64,000 nt of DNA from Azolla caroliniana (GCA_043228905.1 JBHGNT010000002.1:1860001-1924000), one strand, 5' to 3'; counted from the stretch's first letter, positions 46,200 to 59,305 are shown. Translations and numbers: made by a program. The notes: generated by a model from the letters alone, not told the origin.

Positions 46200-48045
46200 T
46201 AATAAAACCCAATCAAAACCAGAGAGATGAACCGCTCCATCGCACCTGCCTCTGCGTCAGCGCCCATGACCAAGGATGTCGCCGCTCTTGCGGCTGCCTC
46301 TGCAGGCATACACGTAGGTCTGCCTCACGCCTCAGCTCTTCAAGCTGCCTCTCATCATGCTTCCTTACCTTCCTCTTCTCACGCTCCCGTACTTTCCTCA
46401 CCCCACAAATCCTTACCTTCATCTGTTGCGGCTACTGGAACAGCCGCCACATGTATGGCTGATCTGACAACATGCGGACAAGGGAATAAGACAATGGTGT
46501 TGCCTGCATATTCGGCTATTACTCTAGCACCAAGTGGACATGCAATTCCAGCCGCTAAGGTTGTTGCATCAAGGTCGCTGGAGGGATCATCTACTGAAGG
46601 AAAGTCTAGGATTGGAAGAGACAACAAACAATCAGAAGTGGCAAAAACTTTTCTTAATAGGGCTGTAGGTGTTGGTTCGATGAACATTGATGCAGGTTCA
46701 AGACAGGAACAATCACCACAAGGTTGCGATCAGCTTTATCGGGACTCCTGTGTAGCTAACCCAGATGCAACTCCTATTTCGTACAATGTGGTTGACCTCC
46801 TGTTATTAGAACAAGATAGGATTCATATCTTGCGAGAGATTGAAGTGTGCTGATCCGCGTGTATTGCTGCAAGCTACTTTAAAACAGGATGTTGACAATA
46901 TTGTGGATGTGCAAATGTTAGGAAGGAACTACTATCAACTCGAGTTTGAATCAGATCGAATGGTGCCATTTATGTTAGAAAGGAAAGCTATTGCACTCAA
47001 GGGAGGATGAGTTTCTTTTCACAAATGGATCCACAATTTCTCGGCAAACCAAGTACACCATGAACTTGATTCTCTTTATACATGTATGGTGGTTCTCCCG
47101 AACTTGCGTAAAGAATGGATAAATTCTATCACTTTAATTGGTGCTATGATTGGTATGATATTAGAGGTATATGACAAGCCACGAAAAGGAGACAAAATGT
47201 TAGGTGTGATGCCGGCTAAGATTATGGTTTCTATGGCTAAGGTATTTCTGTCTCACATTTTGTTGCCCAATTTTTTGGACTCAACGCAGTCTCTGTATTC
47301 TTTGAAAATCATGTATCGAGGTCTACCCAATCAATGTTTTCGGTGTTTCGGGTTTGGCCACTTGGCCAAACATTGTCCTAAGTTTCATAATGTCTCTCAT
47401 ATAGTGGAGTCCTCTATGGAAATTATTATACAAGGCCTCATTTGACGGATGGACTATAGTAGGGAATAGGAAAACATCTCGACCAAGTAAAACTCAACAA
47501 GTACAAGTACAACCTAATAACCTTCAAGAATTTCCTCCCCTTCAAAATAAATATATAACACTTTAGGTAGATGATGAGGATCGTCAAGTGCCACTTGCTA
47601 CAGGTTCATTGATCTCGTCGGAGACTGATACATGTCCCCCAATGACAATGCCTTCTAAGTCATCTCCTCGGTTGATAGAGGGTCAACCACCTATCAAAAT
47701 TTTAAAGGGATCTCAGTTGAGATTTCCTATTAAAACAATCTCACCAGATAAATTGAAACAGAAGGAAGATGACATGGAGATTGAAATAGCTCAGCGAGGA
47801 AAGCTAGAGCTACAAGTGCACGAGAAGATGGTGGTTGTCACTATCCAACGATTGGAGGAAGCTGCACCTATACCAACAATTGATAATAACAAAGAAAAAA
47901 CTCTTCATGAGAAAAAGGAAACAATGGAAGTAGAATTTTTATTGACAAAGAAAGAGGCAAATGGTTTCAAGTTTGGATCCTCGAAGGATATGGCAACAGG
48001 CCAGGTGTTGGATAAGGCTGTCAAAGAGCATAGGCTTCATAAGTA
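46200..48045 (+). mobile_element. LINE 5' end with disrupted ORF1 (DUF4283-like region and zinc knuckle); ORF2 absent
   Basis: ATG at 46227; VQMLGRNYYQLEFE...FHKW; YRGLPNQCFRCFGFGHLAKHCP (CX2CX4HX4C); cut off by an LTR-like sequence at 48046. Confidence 0.85.
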
Positions 48046-48799
48046 TGTAGGGAAGGTTCTAGAGGGTTCTAGAATATTCTCCCAAATATTCTAATGCATG
48101 TACTTCGACTCACAGTATAAATACTTGTAACTTCCTTGGTCCCTTTCCAGGGATTCAACACTAGTCATTGACATATCAATGTAGTATTCTTGTTTCATGT
48201 CATATTGTCTCCTTCTTTATCTATGTCTTCATGCTCTCCATAGCTTCCTAAGTTCATGTTCTCATCATGCACAACTTCTAGAGTTCTTAACCTTATCACT
48301 TCCTATTCCACATTCGTAACCTTATCGATTATAGCCTTGTCATCCGTGCTCTGTGGTAGTCCGCGGTTGGTGTGTCTGTGACAATTTGAATCCCTTCGTT
48401 TTCTATCTTCCTCGTCATCTCTATCTCCTAGTTTCTTCTCATCATCATCTCTATCTCTACGCTTCTTATCATCTTTCGCATCCCTATCTTTGCATTTTTT
48501 GTCATTGTCATCCTTCTCGTTGTGTTTCCTACTGTTTCATCTCTATCTATGTGTTTCTTATTATCCACATCACCTTCATCCATGTCTTTGTGTTTCTTCA
48601 GAACCTCAATGTTTTGATCTCTATGTTTCTTATCCTCTTCATCTCTTTCTCCACTTCCATCATTACCATAGTCAAAGTCGTTGCTTCCAAAGTCGCTTCG
48701 TCAACATCATTACCCTCATTGCTTCATCTTCAACATCATCATCTTCAACCCTCTTCTTGTCGTCATCAATACTACTTTGCCTAGCCTTCATCATCGTCA

Positions 48800-49960
48800 A
48801 GTGTTCTAGATTTGGTGAGGACTGTGTGTTGGGAATATGTCCCTCCAGTGGGAGGATGATCCAATTGTTTGGAAAGCCAATAGTCGAAGAGTCGGAAAAT
48901 AGGAGCTGAGTTGGTGAGGAACTTGGTCGAGATTGATAGGGCGAGGCCGAAACCGGAATCGTGTAAATAGCCAACTTAGGAGACTATACTTGTAAATACT
49001 CTAAGTGTGCGCCCCATGAGGGCTACGTATGTAAATAACCAGAAAGTTGCGTAAGTATATATGCAACTAGGGCTAACTTTTGTGTAAGAACTGAGAATGT
49101 ACAGAAGTTGTAAAACGTGAGAGAGCGTGAGAGAGAGAGAGTAGCGTGAGCCACGCCATAACTGTGTGAGTAACAACAGACGCGAAGAGCCCTGTGTGGC
49201 TGATACACTCGACAAAATGTTGTAATCATCTCTGGTGTATATCCACTATTTGTATAGTGAAGTTTTGTTCCCATGGTTTTCCCCGTTTTAGGGTTTCCAC
49301 GTAAATCTCTGTGTACATTTGTTTATCTTGTCTTTCTGGTGTATTCTTGTGATTCGTATTTCAGCGTGTAGTTCGTTTATTGTGATTTAAATTCCGCAAC
49401 GATTTCTCAACACTGTGCAGGGTCGCTCACATCTGTTGGTGTTCGTGTCTTCGATGAGGACCGTACATGGTCGCTCACGCCCGTTGGTGTTCGCGTCTCC
49501 GGTGAGGACTGTACATGGTCTCTCACGCCCGTTGGTGTTCCAGTTCCCGGTGAGGACCGTACATGGTCGCTCACACCCGTTGGTGTTCCAGTTCCCGGTG
49601 AGGACCGCACATGGTCGCTCACGTCCGTTGGTGTTCCAATCTCCGGTGAGGACCAGACATTGTCACTCACGTAGGTGTTCCGATCTCCGGTGAGGATCGT
49701 ACATGGTTGATCATGCTTGTTGGTGTTCCAGTTCCCGTTGAGGACCAAACATGGTCACTCACGCCTCACGTTTGTGTTCAAGTCTCCGGTGAGGATCGAA
49801 CATGGTTGCTCACACTCACGTTGGTGTTCTAGTCTTCGGTGAGGACTGTACATGGTCGCTCACGCCCATTGGTGTTCCAGTCTCCGGTGAGGACCACACA
49901 TGGTCACTTCGTTCACCCGTGCTCCTATTTCTAGTGAAGACTTCTCATGGTCACTCACTC
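48800..49960. repeat. About 11-12 copies of a 48-bp unit (catggtcgctcacgcccgttggtgttccagttcccggtgaggaccgta); the first unit is split by the solo LTR
   Basis: Directly visible; gtgaggactgtg|LTR|ctgtgcagggtcgctcac rejoins into one unit. Confidence 0.92.
48827..49412. mobile_element. Solo LTR, 586 bp, Copia-like termini
   Basis: TGTTG...CAACA termini; perfect 5-bp TSD CTGTG at 48822-48826 and 49413-49417. Confidence 0.92.
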
Positions 49961-52723
49961 CTCAATTTCTTCAGCAACCCATACAGCGGCTCCGCGACGT
50001 GGGCATAATGCGGGATCCAGATATGGTAGAACGCGCATGCTCCCAAGAATCTCTGAACCTCCGTAACCGAATTGCAGTCATGCTTCATCGCGGAGATGGC
50101 TTCCACCTTGGCCGGAGACGGTTTCCGACCGTATGCTCCGCATAGGTGCCCGACGACCATGATCTCTGATTCCCCGAAGGCCGATTTTTCCCCAGAGAAG
50201 GTGAGCCTCGTGCCTTCTAGTCTTTGCAACACCTTCTCGCAGTCATCGATGTGAGTCGCCACAAAATTCCGACATCCGTCCGGTCCGATTGTCTCGTCCC
50301 TTCCCTCCACCGGGCATCCCCTGATCGGGATGTCGTCTAAGAATGGCATGGTGATGTCCGGGATACAATCCCTGAGCACTTTGTTCATTGCGTTCACCAT
50401 GTGAGCCACTGAGTTCGACCCTCCTTGTGGTAGGGTACACATCCGCACTAGGCCAAGAGGAGTCCACATCGTCGTAATGTCTCTGCTCTACACGACTAGT
50501 TGGAACTGGTCGTACCCCGAGTACAAGTCACCGACCGAATAGATCGACCTTCCAGCAAAGGCCTCCGCGAACTCGTCTATGGTCGGTCCAATTCCTGCAT
50601 TACGGATGGTCACCCTGTTGACCAGTTGCAGGTCCTGAATGAAGCGTAGCGTGCCGTTCTTCTTTGGCACCGTAAACCACTGATTCGAATACGGGGCACT
50701 CGATGGTTCGAGGATGCCCATCTCCACCTTTTGCTTCAGAAGCTCCATCAACTTCGGGATGTGAGCTCTCGGCACCAGAATCGGTTTGAGATTCCACGGT
50801 ACATGCGGTACCGTGAAGATCACCATCGGTTCAACGATTGTCGGGTCCACACACCCGATCTCCCCCGACGAGAACGCGAAAGCTTTCCCATGCCTTCCGA
50901 GCATTCTCCGAAACCTGTTCTCCTCCGCCGGCAATAGAAAGCCACCCCCACTGACCTTGAGCTCCCGTAGCGTTATGTCGGTGAACTGGTGCCCTATGCC
51001 AGCCGGATCTCGCAAACTCGGGTCCGACGCACCCCCCTTTACTCGTAACTCGCTGCCCTCCGGCAAGGGTGCCGCTACTAGCCTCACCTTCCGGTCCAGA
51101 GTCTTGTACTTTGTGTCTACCCGGGCCGTTTGATCCGACTCGAGCCCGTTACAGAAGTCAACGATGACTTCGTACATCCCTTCCGAACATACCGGAATCG
51201 TCCGGTCCTCTTTAAGGCCGCATCCGACCACCTCTCGTAATTGTCCCAAGGTCTCATCGAAAGAGACCGCCTCCACGGCTCCGTTGATTTCCTCTCCAAG
51301 GCTGAGGACTCCGCATGCCCAAAGTCGCTCCTCCGCCCTCTTCTTCTCCCGGCCAACGACGTCGACAATCGTACAACCCCCGCTATCAGAGAACCAAAGT
51401 TTTCTACCTACGGTATAGGTCTTCTTCCCTACTGTACATTTGTGAGGTTTTTCCCGGGTGTTCGGACTATTGCGGCCCCACGCCTTGATAGCCCTCTCTA
51501 AAAAGCCCCTCTAGTTTCGCCACCAAGGGTCTCGCGGTTACGCTCATGGTTTGGTCGCATCGTTAGGAACTGGACCGAGTGACGCCCATCCTGGCTCTTG
51601 ACTCTTGCATAGGCCGAACCGTTGTCCAACACCTTGGTCTCCATCCGTGCCGCCGTGATGTATGGTTCTCCTAGTATAACCGGATGTGAGGACGTCTCCT
51701 GCACGAAGAAGTGCTGGTCGATCTCGACATCGCCGATTTTCACCCGTATGTTCGGGCCCACGCCTTGATAGCCCTCTCGTCCGACATTCAGGTCCAGGGC
51801 CCTTTGGGTCTCGCTAGCGTGCACCCGACCATTCCATAGGTACACCACTTTGGCTCTCATTGCCTCGGTGAAGTCCCCGCAGTCCTTCCAGATGTGGCCG
51901 ACTACATCGCACCACAAACACCGGTTTCCAGCCAGAGACCTTCGGTCATGGGCCTGTTCGCCGCCGTCCCTCCGTGCTTGTGCAATCTGGAGGTCCTTTA
52001 CCATCCTAGTCAGCTCCTCTAGAGCTGCTCCTCCGGACGAGCCTTGGACCATGCCGGTCGAAGTCGATCCGGTCTCGAGCCAGTCTCGGGTCTCTTCCCT
52101 TCGCACTGGCGAGGTTGGCTCGAGTTTCCTTGCTGCTACAGAGCCCACCCCTGTTGATCCTTTATTGACCCACTCTCGCCGTTTGTCGAAATGGCCATAG
52201 ATTCTCTTCACCACGGCCAAGTCGGCCGTCAGCCCGTCATCAGTCTCCAACAGGAGACCCACTTGCTCCCGGTCCCTCGCATCCACCGACTTAACGAACA
52301 GCAGGACGCAACTTGTGTCTAGTACGGTCCGGTCGAGTGCCGAAAGACGCGCGAAGCGTTCTTCAAACTCCCGAAGGAGCACCGACGCGTTTCTCCCCTT
52401 TTCGGGGGTCTCTACCCATTCCCAGGTCCGGCTCTCAGCCCGTACCTCGAGCACCTCCGCATGGATGCCTGGCATCGGCACCCGAGGGAATCCGGTTAGT
52501 CGCCTTTCGTCCGGAATGTCTCTCATTACCATCTCGGCCCGGTAGGCCTCCAAATAGCTCGTGGCGTCCTTCCCACTAAACCGGGGTATCGTGCCAACAA
52601 CCGCTTCAATAGACCTATCGAGGGCGCCTGCACCTTCGTGCGCACTCACTATCCGATCCACAGCCGAAGCCATGGCTTCCGCGAGATCCGACCCCCTCAT
52701 CTTTCTATTCCTCTACCGCCCGT

Positions 52724-52741
52724 TTCACGTCGGGTTCACCA
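52724..52741 (-). other. Primer-binding site complementary to the 3' end of tRNA-Trp
   Basis: Plus strand TTCACGTCGGGTTCACCA matches the 3' 18 nt (including CCA) of plant tRNA-Trp(CCA) as I recall it; lies 4 nt from the LTR end at 52746. Confidence 0.8.
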
Positions 52742-52945
52742 AATATGTCGCGTTGTTACGCGCGTGCGTGGAGAACGAGGCGGGATCACCGGGACCAGGG
52801 TCTTGGACCGAGAAATAGCTGAGAAGGAGGAGAACGGAAAGGCAACAGACGCACTTGCACACACACAAGCACGGGAGCACACAGGAATCACAGTCCAACA
52901 ACACAGCAAAACGAGACGACTAGAAGTCCGAGTATATGAACACGT

Positions 52946-53075
52946 TGTCACGTTATTACGCGCGTGCGTGGAGAAAGGCGGGACCACGGGGGTCTTGGAC
53001 TAGGGAGTGATGGAGCGTGGGAGGTCGTGCTTCACCATTTTCGGGGCATCCCAGAAGCACCCTTGAAGCAACCGA

Positions 53076-53121
<46 letters not shown>

Positions 53122-53726
53122 ACACCGACTCACGCACACACACACACACACACATGCCGACCCGACTCACGCCCTCATGTACAGGAAACGCAGGAAAGGG
53201 GGAGCACCCGACACCAACGGAGACGCGAATATACACAGACAGGCGCAACGCATATATATATATATATATGTTAAGAATACATTCCCGGCTTCGAGCCGTA
53301 CCAAGGTAGGTTACAGTAGTCGTCAGCTGCCAAGCTGCCGTCAGGGAGCTCACGGGCTCGTCGCGCCGAGCTGGGTCTTGCGCAGGAGATGAGCTGAAGC
53401 AAACCCTAAGCGAACACGAAGGAGAAGACGAAGAAGAAGAAGAAGAACTAACTCTAAACCTAACGGTATACCCTCTAATGCAAAATGGGCAACCCTTTCA
53501 CAAAGGGCGTTCCCTTCCTTTTATAGAACAAGGACAGGGATGCGTTACAATGTGGGATAAACCCCGACTTACATGGGATTGTTTGTCCCGACTTGACTAC
53601 TCTTCGGCGCCATAAAGGCGCCCTCGATATTCACACTAAATGTACATGGGTGCGTACACACGCTGCACACCGCCGATGTAGCCAGTGTTTCCCGGTTTCC
53701 GCCTCTGGCCGAAATTCTTCACGACA
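52946..53726 (-). mobile_element. Solo LTR (781 bp) of a related Gypsy family nested inside the LTR of element A
   Basis: Termini TGTCACGTTATTACG...TTCTTCACGACA; 4-bp TSD ACGT at 52942-52945 and 53727-53730. Confidence 0.88.
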
Positions 53727-54309
53727 ACGTATGTATATAAATATAAATATATATCGAGACAGTTACAACTAACACGCCGGCAAGGCGAACACCGACGCCT
53801 GTTCGCTCGCACACAGAAGAGCGAGATGGAGACTCTGTCGGAAGCACACGGGTGTTCCACGGAGCAAAGTCAGCCTCTTGAAAACCTGCACAAATGTGGC
53901 TATGTAGAGTGGCAGAGGAGAAGGGCTCGGTCCCAGTCCGGCAGCACTTCGTCCTCTCTAACGCGCGATACCTTTTTCATTCCTCTCCCTCTCTTTTATA
54001 GCCCAAGGAGGGAGGCCGTTATCATCCGTTACATCACATTAATTCTCTGTCCTTTCGGACAGAGATACACCTCGATTCTCTCCCTATTGGATGCGTGCTA
54101 CTTAGGATTTCACCTCAGCTGACTTGTACCTACCTACTTACCATACAACGAAAGGTGTGCTCGCGTGTAAGGGCCGGTTTACACACGCTAAACTCGGTTT
54201 CCGCCTAGGGTTGGTTTTCTTCACGACAACGTATCATGTGAAATGTAATATTTTTGGTCTCATAGGTCATATTTGACCTCCGAAGACAATAATATAATCT
54301 ATCTATCTA

Positions 54310-55950
54310 TCTATCTCTTCTTTTGTTTCGTAAATAATGGCTTTCATTACAAAAGAAAAAACATACCACCATGACTAACTTACAACAAAGTATAGAACCC
54401 TACTATGACTACAAACTCAATCCCACCCTACACACCGATTCAAATGTTGAATATGATGATATATGACCTTGCAAAGTTCTCTCTCTTCATGATTAAGATT
54501 TCATGACGTCTCTAACACCCCAACGTGTGAAGTAAAATGAAGGCATTCCTCATATTCCAATTGAACCATAGCCCCAAATACCAGAAGAACTCAAAAATAA
54601 TTTCAATTCACTCTTCTTCATATGTGCCATGAAGGAAAATAGTCTTACTCCAATTAAAGATATTCACACTAAATTGATACACCTCCAATCATTCTAACCA
54701 TCGAGCATGAAAGAAATTGATTCTTACCATGTTCCAATTCCACCGAACAAAAGAAACACATTCCTCAAGCAATGTTTCTATTGTTTAATGCATCCCCCAA
54801 CAATGAAGCTCCAACCATAACTCTCCAAATGAATATCTTAGCTTGCAACATCAATTGAGAACAACAACCTAGCTTGATTACATAAAACCACGAAGTAATA
54901 GGCTTATGAAAACCGCATATCTTTATACCCTTTCTTCTATCCACTTATGTCAATCAACTCGTGATAAACATCGTTTGTGGATATCATAGTTAATCTCCTA
55001 TTTCCAATAAATATCCAATCCAGTCTTGAGATCCCCCCATCTAAAGTAGGAATTGACTCATACAATGATAATAATCCTTGCAACTTATCCCAAATTAAAG
55101 TATAACCTCTTGGAAAGGCCATTAATCTTCTTTGTGACACTAACATAGCATCCTTGGCTGTTACCAAACCCAATCTAGCCATCCGATTAAATTCAACATT
55201 AACCTTCCCATGTCAACAACCTTGATGTTGCGAAAACCTCCATTTGTAATAATTTGGCACATCCCCTTTCTTGTGGAGTATGCCTTGCATAAAATCCAAC
55301 ATACATTGCCAAGATTTCAACAAATGATTAACTATCAAAGACCTTACACATTTGACATCCCTTTCAGAATTAATGACATTCAACCAATTAGCTTGAACTG
55401 TCATGCTTTTAAGTTGAATTCATGCCTTATTTATAAAGGATGCCACCATTTGCGTTCAAGGTTGTACACTCTCAAACATAAATCGAAGGAAAGTAAATTG
55501 ACGAGCCACCATATGCTCATATAAATTCAATATGGATGCCCCACCAAGACGCTTGGAAGTACAACATGATCCCATGCCAACCACGACATGACACTTTCCC
55601 TTTTCTCTTCCATAACAACATCCACATTGAGTGTGTCACCATTTCAAGAGCATTCTTCCACCACTGTAGCAAAGGAAGATAATAAGATACCATAGAGACC
55701 ATAATGAATTGGATCATCTTAAGTTGTACATGAGAATGCCAAAATTCAAACCTCCAATACATAAACTTATCCTCCAATCTTTTGGATACCCACTTGATAA
55801 GTTTCACATGAGAAACCTCCACCCCAATTGGATATCCACAATGACAACAAATCATACCACGATTTACTATCCTTCTTGACCACCCCAACCCTAACACATC
55901 TTGTTTTTTACATGAAATGAGGGAAATTTTATGCATATTAATTCACAACC
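54310..55950 (-). mobile_element. Decayed LINE ORF2 3' half
   Basis: GYPIG..WVSKRLEDKFMYW...MVSYYLPLL...LWKRKGK..WHGI..GG; MARLGLVTAKD; T-rich tail near 54320. Confidence 0.6.
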
Positions 55951-56299
55951 TTGAGGCATTTGAAAAACATTCCCACGCATATCTTGTCTTATTAATATTT
56001 TCGCGATTAGGTGCTCAAAACATGATGTGGTCATCTGCAAGAGCTTGAACAATGCATGGCTTCCCTTATGGCACTTGTAGTCAAGCAATTCTTCCTCCAT
56101 AGTCATATTGTGTAATTTAACAAGAATAAGATATATCACAATAGTAATTATATATACATATACATATGGTAAATAATGTCTTTCATTACAAAAGAAATCT
56201 AGGGATCTAAATACCACTAATTCATGATATTCCTCATTTCTCTGGTTTTCACTTGACTCCCTTTGCTAGTACGAAAGGATTATACCCGGTCTACATAAT

Positions 56300-57900
56300 G
56301 AAGAATGAACACTTCATTTTGATTGGAAACCCTACAATCATTAAAATTATCTCTAATGTTTGCAAATTACAAGGTAGCTCCCATATTCTCTCCCCTCGCT
56401 TTCTCATAACTTATATTATTCAATGAGGACGCTATTGTGAGTTGATTAAAATGGCAAATGAGTCAAATTAGGCTACCATTGATGTCAACGTGACATTGTA
56501 AAAGGCATGAGATTAATGGTCCATGGATGATTGAAGAACATAAGAAAGACTAACTTATTGAGGATGAACATGAGGTGATGAATGGTGAGAAAGGAGGTAC
56601 ATAAAGAAAAAGAGAAGGGATGTTGACACAATGGCTTCTAAATATGTATCTAATTTATCACACTTTCTCTTTAAAAATTGAGAATGGGGCCAAAAGAGGA
56701 AAAATCAAGGTTCCCATGTAACTAAATTGATAGCTAAATATGTTTAGGAATCATCTAATGTGGCATGACTAGATGAAGAATTCCCTTATGAATAAGATTC
56801 CAGGTACAATTTGTGAAAAAACTTAGCAATTAAGCTATTGTTCCTACTCAATTTTCATTTAATATCCTTGAAGCTTGACATCTTGTAAAATTGTTTCCTT
56901 TGAATCAAATGGTAGGAGATCAATTGATATTATTAGCATGAAACATGATCAACTATTGATAATTTTCTTGATTTCCTTGTGTGTTGACTCTTGGCATCTT
57001 GGCTTGTGCCAACCAAGTAACCAAGTAGTGAGATGTTCCTCAACTCTATGTGACATGTTAGAGGGTTACCATGGGATGGCATTTATAAGAGAGGTCCAAA
57101 GGAGTGTCCATCGTCAAGATTGGAGGTACACTTTTTTTGTGGGGAAGGATGTGCTTGGAGTTTTTAAATTATTCAAATATAACATAATGTTTAGTTGCCA
57201 TCAACATCATCCCTTGATGAGAATTTTCTCTCCCATATGTAAGGTATGGCTAAAGACCGAGATTTTATTAGAATGATGTTTAGATGTTGTACAAAAGTCA
57301 TACACTCCTTCTATAACTAACTACAATGTAAATGAATCTTTAGATGATTTTACTAAGTTATAAATGCAAGGGACTGATAACTCATGAGGTATTAAAAAAT
57401 ATACTATGTGCCAAAGCACGATGTGCAAGCATTGCCTTCTATAAATTACTTTCAAGTTTATAGGTTCGCTTAACCATCTTATTGCACATTCTAAAAACTT
57501 GAAAATTAAACATGATGATGTGGTATGTAAATCATGTGCTTGTGATTATGGACTTGACGACTCTCACATTATGTGTTTGATGTTGCAGTGGCTATAAAAA
57601 CAAAACATTTCATAATTTTAGATTGAGAGAAATTCATGATCGAATAGTTTCACCAAACATATAATGTTGGTAGAGGTCATAGAATATGCCATGTCACGAT
57701 AAAAAAGAAACACATGCCAAGGATGTTTGGTTGGAGTCATATAAAAGGGGCAATGTGGAGGATCTCTTTGAATGGTACAAGAAAGAAAATACTTGGCCTA
57801 TTTGACCTGTTTGGTTAAATAAAAACAAAGGTTACCTTTTTGTGGATGCGCCATGATGGATCGCTCTATTGGTACCGGTTTGTGAAGAGGGTACACCAAA
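56300..57900 (+). mobile_element. Highly decayed LINE RT remnant
   Basis: GRRSIDII...DQLLIIFL...VD(W) resembles the GFI.GRSI.DNI / LFLDFEKAYDRVDW region. Confidence 0.35.
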
Positions 57901-58085
57901 GTAGTTGAAACTCAAATAAAAGACCAAATTAAAACAAACTGTTGACTTGACAAGACAACTTGGGCACCTAGCAATGAACTACTTGTGAACACAAAGCTCA
58001 CATCAAGGATGAGTATTTTTTTTACCCATAAAAATATCCTCCATTGGTATTAACACAAAGTAACCAAAGGCAATATACAAAACGG

Positions 58086-59305
58086 TGTCGCGTTGTTACG
58101 TGCATACGTGCAGAAAGGGGCGGGACCACGGGGGTCTTGGACCGAGGAGTGAGAGAGAGAGAGAGACAGAGAGAGAGATTCACCGACACGTAGAAGCGAG
58201 AAAAAGAGATTTAGAACGTAACGCTTAATTATAATGACAGAGATTACAAACTCCGACAGTTACAACCGACAAAGCGGCGACGGACCCGACACAGGGTCCC
58301 TACTCACGCACACCAACGACAGTCACACGACACAGAGAAACAAAAGGGGGAAAGGGAGCGACTCTGCTGGAAGCCCATGGGCTGTCCACGAAGCAGAGGC
58401 AGCGACCTCCCGACACCCGCAAAGAGCGACGATTCGCGTCCAAGAGAGAGAGCTCCGCCTTCCGTTCTGCAGCAACGCTCCTGCTCCTCCTTGCGTGCGA
58501 TACCTGTTTCCCCTTGTCCTCTTCCCTCTTATTCCCTGTCCCCTCTGCCCGAGATACGCACAATCCCCCTTTAATAAATACGTGCGGCTTTGTATTCACA
58601 TCCACCGGTTCGTGTACGAAATATCAAGTCACGCGTCCATCCGTGTAAGGGCCGGTTTACGCGCTTTCTCTCCGATTCCGCCTGTGGCCGGTTTTCTTCA
58701 CGACATCCACCCCCACCAAACCGCGCATCCACCGGTATGCGCCAGAGACGGGTAGATATCGAAGAAACCCGGCCTCACTCGTTGCCCTCCGATTCTCCGC
58801 CGGACCCGAACTGACCGTCGTTGTCGCTCCCGCTCGCAGGCTCCGGCTCGTCTTCGTACCGCTTTTTGAAAGCTTTGATCCGCTTTCCGGCAACCGGCAC
58901 CGCTAACCGTGTCCCGTCGAGTTCCGCGAGGTGATACGTGTCGTTGCCGTTCGCGCTTGTCACCATGTAGGGCCCGAACCATCTCCTAGCAAACTTTCGC
59001 ACCGCCTTGTGGTAATTGTCGAGGCTGCTGTCGTATACCAAGACCCAGTCGCCTTCCTCGATCTTCTTTGGTCGCCACCGGTGCGTCCGGTTGAACCGGG
59101 TCTTGTTCCGCTCCCTTGCCGCTCGCAGCTTTTCCTTCGCATGTATCACGTCCTCCAGCCTCCGCTCGAGTTGCCAAATCCGCGCCGCCAGCAACTCCTC
59201 CCGGCTCATTTCGTCCTTCCAATCTACCGCCACCCATGAAGAAACCGTCTGTTCCACCGGCATGATTGGCTTTTGTCCGTACATTAGCTCCGCCGACATA
59301 AATCC
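58086..59305 (-). mobile_element. Ty3/Gypsy element B 3' end: integrase C-terminus, PPT and 3' LTR (58705-58086); interrupted by the Copia insertion
   Basis: TGFMSAELMYGQKP...GDWVLVYDSSLD..KFARRWFGPY (GPY/F motif); PPT GGTGGGGGTGGA abuts the LTR; LTR termini shared with 52746 and 52946. Confidence 0.9.

Larger units (their letters stand above)
48046..49964. mobile_element. Long LTR-like element (TG...CA) with no matching TSD; contains a 48-bp tandem array and a nested solo LTR
   Basis: Begins TGTAGGGA and ends ACTCCTCA; TATAAATA at ~48116; flanks AAGTA / ATTTC belong to two different truncated elements. Confidence 0.55.
49965..54228 (-). mobile_element. Ty3/Gypsy element A: 5' LTR 54228-52746 (interrupted), PBS, deleted gag-protease 52700-51498, pol truncated after RT
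   Basis: CCHC CLWCDVVGHIWKDC; protease C-half PVILGEPY; RT PHVPWNLKP, WFTVPKKNGTLRFIQDL, GDLYSGYDQ, LPQGGSNS, PFLDDIPI, RFLGAC; stop at 50488. Confidence 0.92.

Noticed and set aside
48006-49412. A 1.4-kb LTR starting at TGTTGG 48006
   Set aside because: No TSD; the start at 48827 gives a perfect CTGTG TSD and rejoins the split repeat unit.
49420-49960. 48-bp array as a CRISPR array
   Set aside because: Units are contiguous with no unique spacers, there are no cas genes, and the context is a eukaryotic LTR.
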